64,000 bases of DNA from contig OZ320314.1 of assembly GCA_976226885.1 (NCBI GenBank), positions 130,386,001 to 130,450,000 on the forward strand, read 5' to 3'. This stretch comes from Iphione sp. A-MEVVRFRX5 (lineage: Eukaryota). Shown piece by piece: positions 13,108-25,149 of this stretch; within the stretch, counting starts at the first letter, position 1, and each line of letters opens with the position of its first letter. The position numbers and the translations under genes are program-made. Below the pieces are notes generated by a model. That model did no database searches and had not been told where the DNA came from. It saw nothing but the letters and a program-made list of their open reading frames with translations.

Positions 13108-13477
13108 AGCTAGAGAAAGGGAGAGAGAGAGAGGGAGAGAGAGACAGAGAGAGGGAGAGAGAGAGAGGGGGGAGAGAGACAGAGACAGAGCTAGAGAGAG
13201 GGAGAGAGAGAGGGAGAGCAAGGAGGGAGAGTGGGAGGGGCAGGGCAAGAAAGAGGGAGAGAAAGTGACAGAGACAGTGAGGAAGAGGAGGAGAGGGAGG
13301 GAGAGAGGGAAGGAAAGGAGAAAGGGAGAGAAGGAAGAGAAAAAAGGGAGAGAGAGTGAGGGAGAAAAAGAAGGAGGCAGGGAAGGAGGGAGGGAAGAGA
13401 GAGGGAGCGATGGAGAGGGGGAGACACACACAAGACAGGGAGGGGGAGAGAGGGAGAGAGATAGAGACAGAGAGCAA
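13108..13477. repeat. (GA)n-rich microsatellite between two assembly gaps
   Basis: Purine-rich gaga tracts; N runs at 12943-13107 and 13478-13610. Confidence 0.95.
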
Positions 13478-13629
13478 NNNNNNNNNNNNNNNNNNNNNNN
13501 NNNNNNNNNNNNNNNNNNNNNNNNNNNNNNNNNNNNNNNNNNNNNNNNNNNNNNNNNNNNNNNNNNNNNNNNNNNNNNNNNNNNNNNNNNNNNNNNNNNN
13601 NNNNNNNNNNATTCTACTCTACTGACAGG

Positions 13630-14500
13630 TAAATCAGTTGTTTTCTAGCGCGCACGTGATCTGTCAGTGCCTGAAGTAGTCACCTCACGTGACATCGTTA
13701 CCGTCAGCGCCTGGTCGGTATTAGTACTGTGAACGTTCTGTAGTTACCATTTTACAGTTTTCAGGAGAGAAGTTGTTATCTAATGTATAGATGAGCATCT
13801 TACCACACTGCCGTCCGCCGCAGCCTAGAGAGGCTCCCATGGTTATTACCTGCTGTCGGTCGTATCTCGGGCCCTCAATGAGTGAGATTACCATGGAAAC
13901 TGACGTCCTCTCGCAGCACCCGGATGCACTACTGAGCAGTAGGAGGCTTGAGTGCGGGCCTAGGGCCCGTATTGATCCCTATCCCTCTACAGTGTGCTGC
14001 CGCCTGCGTCGACGACACCACGTGCCTATGAGTCCCAGCCCCCCCCCCCCCGCGCCCTCGCCCCGCCCCGCCCACATATCTCAGCCCGCCCCTCTCCTCT
14101 GTGTATGTATATGAAGTGATGTGAGGAAAAGATTCTGTGGTATGTGGGATTTGTTATTTTAAGTTCATTTGTATTTGCCGTAAACCACACTACTTCTTTT
14201 TTTGAGATAACATATAACAGTTTGTAACGTAACGTACGTGTCCATGGACAAGGAGATACCACAATTAAATACATGGTGTGTATAGATAACTGTGGGAATG
14301 GACACTGCTTTCAGTGGTTCCGCCGGGGTGAACACCAAGTACCCGGCTGTCCGCGCTCTTCTATACCCTCACGTACATGTACATCTGTGCAGCAATGACG
14401 TCATAGGTAACGTTGGGTCATCTGACTCCATCACGTGGGCTTTTTTTGGGGGGGGGAGGGGGGAAACGCACATATTTCAAATACCTCGTGACGTTGTTAC
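13630..14500 (-). promoter_or_regulatory. CpG-rich promoter-like region around and upstream of putative arrestin exon 1
   Basis: CpG-dense relative to the window. Several CACGTG E-boxes (about 13652, 13685, 14019, 14431), a full CRE TGACGTCA at about 14396, and GC boxes (ccccgccc) at about 14060. Confidence 0.5.
13804..13840 (-). CDS. Putative first coding exon of the arrestin locus (MGASLGCGGRQC + 1 nt)
   Basis: taaccATGGga (A at -3, G at +4), 12 codons plus G, then donor GTAAGA at 13803. Phase 1 matches all three acceptors (G+AC = Asp). A weaker in-frame ATG lies at 13894. Confidence 0.6.
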
Positions 14501-15137
14501 ACTACACATATAAAACGTTGCCCAAAAGTAGTCTGGCCATGGGGGAAGATTTCATGTGTATGAGACTCTTTCAAAACTTCATTATTTTTCTTCTCTCACA
14601 TTCCATGTTCATCCTTTTTAGGAAAAATATATATTACCATATGTTTTAAGGTAGAAAGCAGAATATAAAAGAAACCAGAACAAAATTCTGGCACTACTTT
14701 TTCAGCTGGGTGTAATATCACTACACATGTCTGTGTCCAGTCAAGCAGAACCGAGGGTTGTAAATGCTGGTTAGTCTGGATTTTAACCCCTCCCCCCCTC
14801 TCTCTCACACCCCCCTGCACCACACACACACCCTAATCAACCAGTTGAAGGTGCCGAAGCGCTTTTCAGAATAAAGACGGATTGACCAGATCACGAGATG
14901 GGTTAAATACCCGTTACAGCATATACTTCCGCCAGTTCCTCCTGTGACAGTGTTTATTGCTGTCAGGTGCAGGGATGAAAAAATGTCAGCGATGACAGTC
15001 CTTGCCCCCCCCCCCCCGCCCGCTCCCACCTCCAGGATGCACCATATACAGTGGCATTCCTCAGTATCTAGAATGGGTCATTCTGTATGAGAAGGCCCTA
15101 AAAACACGTACTGTGTTTCCAGTATGTAACACCAGAA

Positions 15138-15491
15138 TGTACACCACACCAGTAGGTTCGATTCTCAGCCTTTATTTCTGGAACAGCAGTACAGCACTTT
15201 GATGGCTGATAGCAGATGATTGCGAGGAGGTCGTTGTAGCAGCCTCTTTATATACTCAGTTACTTAGTAAACACTGAGCACAAACATCACGTGAGTTGCT
15301 CTTAACCATTCATTACATGTCAACTGAACGGTATTTGATCATCTTACTCACATCCGACTGCATCAGTATGACGCATATCCAAGGCACTTGCATAGATAGA
15401 AACAATAAGACTCCTTTCTTTTACACATTGGAGTATTGCGAACCAGTCTTTGGTACAAGCTGTAAATAAGTTAGTGATAGGCACGTTTACA
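15138..15491 (-). mobile_element. Probable solo LTR
   Basis: On the minus strand: TATA (tatataaa, about 15250), AATAAA (about 15172), terminus ggtgtggtgtaca, TG...CA ends. The terminal architecture is shared with 58285-58644. The TSD is not clean. Confidence 0.4.
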
Positions 15492-15724
15492 GCAGAAATC
15501 ATGTATGCTGTCTCACCAGAACACGAGTACTTATAAAATTTTGTTCTGCACTTATTAAGTACATGTAATAGGCTATTCTTATGATTGCATGGAACTATAC
15601 ACTATACAGACACAAGCATGCATGAGACAATTAGTGCAATGGAACATAACACGACACAATTCTAATAGACCTTATCCAGCTCATAATAATAGCACTGTTA
15701 AAGGTACAGAGTCGGTAGGTGGAT

Positions 15725-16455
15725 TTTTGTCCCCCACCTCATAGAGGGGGGGGGGACATTAGGAATGCTGCTGGCTGGTGTCCCAACCATCCGTCACACT
15801 CTTGTGGGTCTTATAAGTCTAAAACCCTTCACTCAACTGATTTTCATATATGATATTGGTATATATGACCCCATGGCACTGGGTAATATTGGTAGTAATT
15901 TAAGTATTTTGAAGGTGAAATTATGTCAATTTTACTGTTTTGTTAGCACACCTACAAACATACATACCTGGTTTAGGGGTTCCTCAGTCTGACAATACAC
16001 ATACATACACATATACACACTCACCAATATCTCCCTTCTACCAGTATCAGCTTGTAGCAGTCTTGTTCTCAGTGAGACAGAACTGAGGGAACTGTGCTCA
16101 GTCATGCTGAACCAAGGGTTTGTAGCAGTCTGGTGCTCAGTGAGGCAGAACCGAGGATGCTGTATTCAGTCATGCAGAACTTAGAGTTTTGACCTGAAGG
16201 ACTTAAACAAGCCCAGCCAACCTCCCCAAAACAAGGTGCCAATCAAAGTGGTTGTAAAGAGAGAGAGACACCCTACACTCTCGCTCTGTCTCTCGTTCAC
16301 TCTTTCTATTTCACTCTCTCTCTCCCCCCTCCCCCCTCTCTCTCTCTCTCTCCCCCTCCCCCTCTCTCTCTCTCTCTCTCTTGCTCTCTCTCTCTCTGTA
16401 GGCAGTTGATGGCAGGGGACAATAGACCTCACAGGTCCACACTCTTGTTTTTAAA
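15725..16455. repeat. Dispersed homolog of the arrestin copy 3 3' flank (10235-10740), interrupted by (CT)n
   Basis: Shared cctcatagag...aatgctgctggctg...gtcacactcttgtgggtcttataa...cccatggcactg...aaggtga.attatgtca and aggtccacactc. Confidence 0.75.
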
Positions 16456-16589
16456 AGGCCAGTAGCCTAAGGAACATGATGGTGTCTTGTATAAGTCTCT
16501 GTCATTATTCATTCCTGAGATATTCATAAAGAGTTTACAATAAAAAAAGTTCCAATACTCACAAAAGCAAGGTCGGTCAGGTTACCAGA

Positions 16590-17225
16590 AATACAGATAA
16601 TCTTTTACTGGGCATGATGGGGCATATGAGACTGTGTTAGAACTGAATGTGATACGACCTGGTAATAGAACTAAATGTGACAGGACTGGTTGATAGAACT
16701 GAATGTAGTAGGACCCTGTGATAGAACAGAATGTGATACTACTGGATGATAGAACTGAATGTGGTAGGACTGGGTGATAGAACTGAATGTGGTAGGACTG
16801 GTTGATAGAAATGAATGTAGTAGGACTTGGTGATAGAACTGAATGTGATAGGACTGGGTGATAGAACTGAATGTGATAGGACCCAGTGATAGAACTGAAT
16901 GTGGTAGGACTGGGTGATAGAACAGAATGTGATAGGACTGGTTGATAGAACTGAATGTGGTAGGATTGAGTGATAGAACTCGATGTAGTAGGACCCGATG
17001 ATAGAACTGAATGTGGTAGGACTGGGTGATAGAACAGAATGTGATAGGACTGGTTGATAGAACTAAATGTGATAGGACTGGGTAATAGAACTGAGTGTGA
17101 TAGAACCAGATGATAGAACTGAATGTGGTAGGACCTGGTGATAGAACTGACTGTAGTAGGACCCGATGATAGAACTGAATGTGGTAGAACTGGATTATAG
17201 AACTGAATGTGGTAGGACTTGGTGG
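16590..17225. repeat. 28-bp minisatellite
   Basis: About 22 copies of gatagaactgaatgtggtaggactgggt. Confidence 0.95.
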
Positions 17226-18354
17226 TATACATGCATTGGCCAGTTTATAAATGACAAACCTTTGAGGATATTGTTGTGTCATGTAAGGAGAACTAGAGCT
17301 GTGCGACAGTAAGTGTGGTTTCCTTTCTCAAGGTTACTGGTTAGGTCAAGGTGTTTAGTCCCTTAACCTTGGACTAACCCTGTGGAAGGAAAGCAAACGT
17401 ATTGTCTTACATCACAGGCAAATTTACAATTATTAATGTATTTTATCAAGAAACCATGCCTAGATCTGATGACAAAATGACAAACCTTGTTCTCAAAATA
17501 AATAATTTTTTTTCCTAGCAGTTTTGATAATTTGTGGTTCTAATGTGGACACACAAACACGACAACCGGGGTAAGTTGCAGGTGGCTTTGATTCCCGACG
17601 TTTGGTTCACGATGGCGACTTCATCACGGAGGTTAGAGAACTCGACAAATTTGTCTGCATGACCTAGTTTCTTAATGAGCTCCTCACTGCAAGTGGCAGG
17701 AAGTCCCTGGCCACGTTTACGTCCTACGCCAACAGCTACCGTCAATCTTCACCGGAACCCCCGGCGATGTCTGTGGGGTGGGAAACCATAGGAACAGGTA
17801 AAATAAGGCATAGCAGGCTCTCACATTAGTATTCCAATTCGTCTCCAGTCTGGCACCTTATCCTTCTTTAAAAAAGAAAAAAAAACAAATGATAAGTTGT
17901 GTCCGCTGAAGAAGTCTGCTTGTGACGTCATAATGTGATTCTCTGTAGTACGTGAGCGTCTCACCTGGCGCTCGTTACAGTATGGTTTCTTGTGTTTCCT
18001 TGTATCTATGTATATCTGTTTAATAATTTTATGACTTTTTAATTTTATAATTATCATTATCATTATATGGTTTTGTTGAGCCTGAGTCCAAAAAGAACAT
18101 CCGAATGACCTTCTTATATACTCAATCTTGTGAAAAACATTGCGCACAAACATCATGCGACATGGAAAACAACCTTTTATTACAAGCTGTTTAAACAATA
18201 GTCGCCTATGGGTTTTTACATCCGATGACATCACAGTGCCATATATCCCGGGTACCTCATTTAGATATAGATGATAAAGACACGTAGTTCTCACATTGTA
18301 CGCATGTACCTAGGAGTGTCATAATACTAAGAAACAATACAAGCCACATAGGTA

Positions 18355-18530
18355 CAGTGGAGACTCTATTTGCGACCACTGCTATTTGCGACCATTCTCT
18401 ACTTGCAACCATCTGAGATGAGTACCAAAATGTTGATTTCTACACCTTTGATACTCTATTATCAACCAAATTCACCAATGTGACCATCTGAGCCTGGTCC
18501 CAAAGGGTGGTCACAAATAGAGGTTTGATG
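18355..18530. mobile_element. MITE, same family as 48549-48725, right end degraded
   Basis: TA|cagtggagactctattt ... ggtggtcacaaatagaggtt. Confidence 0.5.
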
Positions 18531-18827
18531 GTCTGTTTACCAGAAGTACCAGTACTTGTGAAAATTTTTATGTCTCCAGTTAAGTACTTTGTACAAGGCT
18601 TTTACATGAATGCTTATATCTATACACTGTACAAATTTCACAGCAGCTTTGACAACATTATTACTAACAATACACTTTATTTACATATTATCACACCAAG
18701 CAATTTAACAAAGGGTTCCTAAAAAGAACTGTCAGTTAAGAAGCATTGTCAGATAAGAGGTTGTCATGAATGGAGGGGTCACTGTTTTGCAACTACTTTG
18801 CTCAGGGCCTGTGTAACATTTGTTTAC

Positions 18828-19156
18828 TGTAGCACAAAGCCAACACCACAGCCTCAGATTCGATATCAGCCTTTTATTCTTCTTTAGCAACTAGTACAGC
18901 AAGTCAGCAATTCAGCAGCAGCAAGAAGGCGAGTTCAACGAGAGCGTCAGACCACTCACATTATGTACTCTACTTGCTAACAGTGACAACACAGTTTAGT
19001 CGCACTGATCGGACATAGTCGTTCATCACATGTCAACTACACAATAGGTCGTTATGTCTTAGGTATTATGATGTCACTAGCACCTGGCATCCAGCGTCTC
19101 ATAAAGGATGACTAATAACATGATCATTGTTCACAAAGTGACTCAACATGAAATAC
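18828..19156 (-). mobile_element. Possible degraded solo LTR
   Basis: caccacagcc...ttcgatatcagccttttatt resembles the LTR-like ends at 15138 and 58285. Confidence 0.3.
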
Positions 19157-19409
19157 AATGGCTTTACACTGTTTTATAGGACTAGTTCTGCTTAACACTG
19201 ATACAAAGAACACAAGTTTCTGCCAAACAAAAATTTTGTTTTCGCCACTTACAGTACTTCGTAGCAAGGCTTTACTTCAGTATTTCTATCTGTACATCAT
19301 CACTTATATTCGAACTGTGTTATATTACTCACAAAAGAAGCAGCACTCTAGACAGGGGTTGTTGTCTCATGTTATACCGATCATGTTGTATTGAATAGTG
19401 GCCCCCTGC

Positions 19410-19560
19410 TATTGATTAGTTACCTCCTTCTATTGATTAGTGACCCGCTCCTTCTGATTAGTGACCTGCTCCTACTGATTCGTGGCCTTGTATTGAGTAG
19501 TGACCCTCTGCTATTGATTAGTGACCCCCTCCTATTGATTAGTGACCCCCTCCTATCGAT
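19410..19560. repeat. 21-bp minisatellite
   Basis: About 7 copies of ctattgattagtgaccccctc. Confidence 0.9.
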
Positions 19561-19643
19561 TCCTGTACATCCAATACATCTGGCACTGAACTGACAACTC
19601 AGAGATGCGATCTGACATCTCCAAAATGACCGGAATCAGCTTA

Positions 19644-19941
19644 GGGGGTATTCACATGTACCCATAGGAAAATATGTCTTCGGGTCTGGAGATGTGGAAT
19701 ACCTCCTGCAGCGACTATCTTAATTGCCATCATGTGTCAGTCAGATGTCTTTTCACCATTGCTTTCTGTGGAATACGGATCTGTATTCATACAAAAATCT
19801 GTTTCTGGTGGGTTTGTAAGATACGTCTATGGATCCGCATCTGTAGATACGGTTATATGTGAATGACACAACTGTTAATCATAGAACAGATCAAAATGGA
19901 TCCGTAGACGTAGACAAATATGGATACATGTGAAGACCGCC
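19644..19941. mobile_element. MITE, PIF/Harbinger-like
   Basis: TIR gggggtattcacatgtaccc versus ggcggtcttcacatgtatcc (17/20), with a TTA duplication on both sides. Confidence 0.7.
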
Positions 19942-20099
19942 TTACATTGTGGCTCTGATGGAGACAGTCCCACGTACAGATCGACCACAGGACATGTGTG
20001 CAAGCAGATGTCTGTGCAGTGATTTTGCTTCCTTCTAAGAAACTTCGTTATCCACTGGCCTTCCCTTTGTTTTGATTACTAATGTAAACAGACAGTTTT

Positions 20100-20360
20100 G
20101 AAGTGGAGGATTCTGGTCTCTCCCTTTGGTTGGTCTTGCCTGTGCATTGATTACCAATGTGAGCAGTGAGTTTCGGACTGGAGGATTCTAGTCTCTCCCA
20201 CTAGTTGGTCTTCCCTGTGCATCGATTACCAATGTGAGCAGAGAGTTCGGGACCAGAGGATTCTGGTATCTTCCCTTGGTTGGTCTTCCCTGTGCATCGA
20301 TTACCAATGTGAGCAGAGAGTTTCGGACTGGAGGATTCTAGTCTCTCCCTTTGGGTGGTG
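20100..20360. repeat. About 75-bp tandem repeat
   Basis: About 3.5 copies of ggaggattct.gtctctccc...tgtgcatcgattaccaatgtgagcag.gagtttcggact. Confidence 0.85.
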
Positions 20361-20824
20361 TCTCTTGTGCGTTGGGTTTTTAAGAGGGGGTTGACTGTAC
20401 TTGTTAAATACCTTGAAAGTAGCGACAGTTGATGTCTGATGAGCCCAACTTAGCGAAGCTTTCAAACCTGATTTGACGTAGTAGATGTCAAGTACCATTC
20501 CCCCCGTATTTTATCAAAATCAAACCAATAAATCACTAATCAACAAAGAACCACGTGAGATACTTTACATCACAATGCAGAAAGTGGATTCCCCCTGGCA
20601 ACCTGGCAACTGCAGCTCCCTCTAGTGGAGAACAAACGTACCACTCATCTGGGTAGCCCCCGGCCCGTTCTGCCCTGTCACCCATAACACATCAGGCTTT
20701 GCAGCGGTACTCACTGACGAGGCTGGGTGGAGGGGTTTTTTTCTCCCCCTGTGAGCTGGCTTTTCACTTCATTTGACATAGTTATAAATCACAGGTGACA
20801 GTTTAAAACTACTAAAAGTCTCCA

Positions 20825-21390
20825 GCAGCACAGGGCTAACCCTGTGGTAAAACACTGTGAATCAGTCTCTGGCAGCATAGGGTTAACCACATAGAGTATG
20901 GTGTTGGGTGCCGTGAATCAGTCTCTGGCAGCACAGTGTTAACTGTGTGGTGAACTACTGTGTCGAGTGCTGGGTGCTGTGAATCAGTCTCCGGCAGCAC
21001 AGGGTTAACCATGTGGTGAAGCACTGTGTTGGGTGCCGTGAATCAGTCTCTGGCAGCACAGGGTTAACCATGTGGCAAAGCACTGTGTTGGGTGCCGTGA
21101 ATCAGTCTCTGACAGCACAGGGTTAACCGTGTGGTGAAGTACTGTGTTAAGTGCTGTGAATCAGTCTCAGGCAGCACAGGGTTAACCATATGGTGAAGTA
21201 CTGTGTTGGGTGCTGTGAATCAGTCTCTGGCAGCACACTGTTAACCGTGTGGTGAAGTACTGTGTTGAGTGCCGTGAATCAGTCTGTGGCAGCACAGGGT
21301 TAACCGTGTGGTGAAGTACTGTGTTGAGTGCCGTGAATCAGTCTGTGGCAGCACAGGGTTAGCCATGTGGTGAAGTACTGTGATAAGTAC
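20825..21390. repeat. 59-bp minisatellite
   Basis: About 9-10 copies of ggcagcacagggttaaccatgtggtgaagtactgtgttgggtgccgtgaatcagtctct. Confidence 0.95.
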
Positions 21391-22514
21391 TATGTTGTGG
21401 ATTCACTACTCTTAGGGAGAACTCTATAGTCATTCTGCTGTCAAACAGTCGAATCATCTGTCCATTACCTATGGGCAAGATACCTCCACAACTGGTTCTA
21501 TGCTGTTAAGCTGGTATCGGTATGTGAGTGTGCCCAACTGGGAAATGATCATAAAGTTTCGTGTGTAGGTTTCTGTTCTTATATTTGTGTTGATATTGTC
21601 TGTGTGTAAGTGTGTTCCGTGTGTGCATCGATGTCTGTATGTTTGTGTGTAAATGTGTGTTGCCTCCACATTGACCAGGTGGTAATTGACAAACCCAATT
21701 CATACTATGTAGTTTTAGGACAAATATGCAGAATATTACAGATTATACTGTTGTCTTGGTGCAGTGCCTATTATAGCATTAGAAAAGGCAAAATGCGCTG
21801 TGCTTTAGCTAGGTGGCTATGTGACGCAGGTTCTTGTTTAGCCTCAGTGTACACCACATCATTTAGCAGACTGGGTCGTCCATAATAGTAAATGTACACT
21901 GCACTATTTAGTAGACTGGCCAGTTCGTAATGTAAAATACACACCACATCATTCAGCAGATAAAATGTCACGCTGGTTCGGACCACATGACATCCATCAA
22001 CACCATCGACAGGTAGACAGGGATGGCATGCAGGTGAACTATAGTACAGGTATGTTACTCTATGAACCAAGGCTTTGCGAACCAAGCCTTCGTATAACAC
22101 AGACGTCTTTCTTTATAAATTTTATGGCCTAAGGCCACTTTTTTAACATTACAAGAAAGATTCAGTTGACATTGACATTGCCACGCATAGTAAACGTACT
22201 GCTAATTGATCCATCATTGAGATGTCAGCCCACCCAGCCACAGTGCAGTGCGATTTACCTTTTCTGACATCAGGGTGGGCACTCACTCAATTAGAGAGCA
22301 TTATTTCATGAAATTCTCCCTATTTGTTGTGAAACTACATTTTTAAAAAGCCGCATTGTAATAGTTATTTTTTAATCACACAGTAATTTGGTGTGAACAA
22401 ATACGATCACTGCTGAACAAGCACAGAGAGCTTGCTTTGAAGGTTTTGTCATTTGGAGCCTGTTTACGATATCTAGCTGCTATGGTGCGGGTCCGGCAGC
22501 ATGTAATTCTTTTC

Positions 22515-24255
22515 TCGTGTGGGATGGGTCGAGTCAGTTTTAGTGTGGGATGGGTCGAGTCAGTTGTAGTGAGGGATGGGACGAGTCAGTTATAGTGAGG
22601 GATGGGACGAGTCAGTTATAGTGACGGATGGGACGAGTCAGTTATAGTGAGGGATGCGGTGAGTCAGTCCCAGTAAGGTACAGGACGTGTTAGTACTAGT
22701 GAGGGATATGGTGAGGTGGTTATAGTGAGGAAGGGACGAGTCAGTTATAGTGAGGGATGCGGTGAGTCGGTCCCAGTAAGGTACAGGACGTGTTAGTACT
22801 AGTGAGGGATATGGTGAGGTAGTTATAGTTTGGGATGGGATGAGTCAGTTATAGTGAGGGATGAGGTGAGTCGGTCCCAGTAAGGTACAGGACATATTAG
22901 TATTAGTGAGGGATATGATGAGGTGGTTATAGTGAGGGATGAGACGAGTCAGTTATAGTGAGGGATGGGATGAGTCAGTTATAGTGAGGGATGGGACGAG
23001 TCAGTCCCAGTAAGGTACAGGACGTGTGAGTACTAGTGAGGGATATGGTGAGGTGGTTATAGTGAGGAAGGGACGAGTCAGTTATAGTGAGGGATGCGGT
23101 GAGTCGGTCCCAGTAAGGTACAGGACATATTAGTATTAGTGAGGGATATGATGAGGTGGTTATAGTGAGGGATGAGACGAGTCAGTTATAGTGAGGGATG
23201 GGATGAGTCAGTTATAGTGAGGGATGGGACGAGTCAGTCCCAGTAAGGTACAGGACGTGTGAGTACTAGTGAGGGATATGGTGAGGTGGGTATAGTGAGG
23301 GATGGTTTGGATCAGTTCTAGTGTGGGATGGGATGACTCAGTAATAGTGAGGAAAGGAGTGAGGCAGGCATAGTGAGGGATGCAATAAGGGTGGTTATAG
23401 TGTAAGGCAGGATGAGATGGTTATAGTGAGGGATTGGATGAGTCAGTTATAACAAGGGATGGGATGAGTTGGTTCTAGTGAGGGATGGAGTGATTGGTTG
23501 TAATGAGGGATTCAGTGAGTTGGTTATAATGTGGGATGGGTCGATTTGGTCATAGGCAGGGATGTGGTGAGTTGGTTATAGTGTGGAATGGGACGAGTTG
23601 CTTCTAGTGAGGGATGGAGTAATTTGCAATGAAGGATTCAGTGAGTTGGTTATGATGTGGGATGGGGTGATTTGGTTATAGGCAGGGATGTGGTGAGTTG
23701 GTTATAGTGTGGGATGGGATGACTCAGTTAAAGTGAGGGAAGGAGTGAGTCAGGCATAGTGAGGGATGCAATAAGGGTGGTTATAGTGTAAGGCAGGATG
23801 AGATGGTTATAGTGAGGGATTGGATGAGTCAGTTATAATAAGGGATGGGATGAGTTGGTTCTGATGAGGGATGGAGTGATTGGTTGTAATGAGGGATGTG
23901 GTGAGTTGGTTATAATGTGAGATGGGGTGATTTGGTTATAGGCAGGGATATGGTGTGTCGGTTATAGTGCAGGATGGGATAAGTCGGTTCTAGGGAGGTA
24001 TGGAGTGATTTGGTTGTAATGAGGGATTCAGTGAGTTGGTTATGATGTGGGATGGGGTGATTTGGTTATAGGCAGGGATATGGTGTGTCGGTTATAGTGC
24101 AGGATGGGATAAGTCGGTTCTAGGGAGGTATGGAGTGATTTGTTTGTAATGAGGGATGTGGTGAGTTGGTTATGATGTGGGATGGGGTGATTTGGTTATA
24201 GGCAGGGATATGGTGTGTCGGTTATAGTGCAGGATGAGACAAGTGGGTTCTAGTC
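22515..24255. repeat. Complex satellite, about 24-bp base unit with higher-order repeats
   Basis: agtgagggatgggacgagtcagttat and variants (gtgagttggttatagtgtgggatggg). Confidence 0.95.
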
Positions 24256-24479
24256 CAGGATGCATCATACTGTGCTACCTACGACGCTTTTCCCATTGAA
24301 AATGTAAACAGTTATGGTATCATTGAGATGTTATGCAGTGCAGCGATCAGTCAGTGGGGTGTTTTTTTTAAGTGTATCTAGTCATGTGCATGCAAGCAGG
24401 TGTATGAGAGAGGTCAGCCAGAGGTGTTTGGCAGGTGCAAAAAGGGGATCTGTCAGGTACACATGGACAGGTGGATGAA

Positions 24480-24650
24480 GGTGCTCAGTCAGGTGTGTTA
24501 GGCCAAGTGTGTTCAGTCAGGTGTGTTAGGTCAGGTGTGTTCAGTCAGGTGTGTTAGGTCAGGTGTGTTCAGTCAGGTGTGTTCAGTCAGATGTGTTAGG
24601 TCAGGTGTGTTTAGTCAGGTGTGTTCAGTCAGCTGTGTTAGGTCATCTAT
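24480..24650. repeat. 14-bp minisatellite
   Basis: tcaggtgtgttcag / tcaggtgtgttagg repeats. Confidence 0.9.
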
Positions 24651-25149
24651 ACACATTGACAGGTGTGTAAGAGTGGTCATTGTGGCTGTTCAGTTAGGTA
24701 CACATATGCAGGTGCGCAAGGTGTTCACAATGGTTCTCAGGTGTGTGTTCAGTCAAGTGTACATACAGGCAGGTGCATTCATGTGTTTAATCAGATACCA
24801 GCAGATGCAACAGACTCGTGGAGCTCCTTATATCATAGAATTGTCCCCATTTGGTAGAGGTAGCTGCTGATGATACCTTTTCTTAGAAGTAGTATGTAGG
24901 AGAAAGCTTCCATGTTTTGCTGGCTTGTGCCTGAAGCAAGGACTTGAAATAAGCAGTGTCACATCACAGATTGTGACCTAGAACAGTATTTCTGTTCAGT
25001 GTTTACACGCAGGTTTCTTTTCAGCTATTTTCAGCCTTGTGACATACAGGGGAGGGACCCAGTGGAGGGGGTGGGGGCAAGCTTAGGTGGGAGCCTAGAC
25101 AATGTTGTCCTTTCTGCCTATCAGTATTAGGCTGAGAAACCTGTTTTCT

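Noticed and set aside
13791-14114. 107-aa plus-strand ORF
   Set aside because: Antisense to the putative exon 1 in GC-rich promoter DNA and includes homopolymer-derived prolines.
17515-17790. 76-aa ORF with a nearby acceptor-like site
   Set aside because: All frames from the acceptor hit stops and there is no domain similarity I can recognise.
20425-20475. Hammerhead-ribozyme-like ctgatgagcccaacttagcgaagctttc
   Set aside because: GAAA core is broken, stem II is only 2 bp and there is no convincing stem I; at most a decayed Penelope-type remnant.
20825-21390. Regularly spaced repeats resembling a CRISPR array
   Set aside because: Units are contiguous with no unique spacers, the context is eukaryotic and there are no cas genes.
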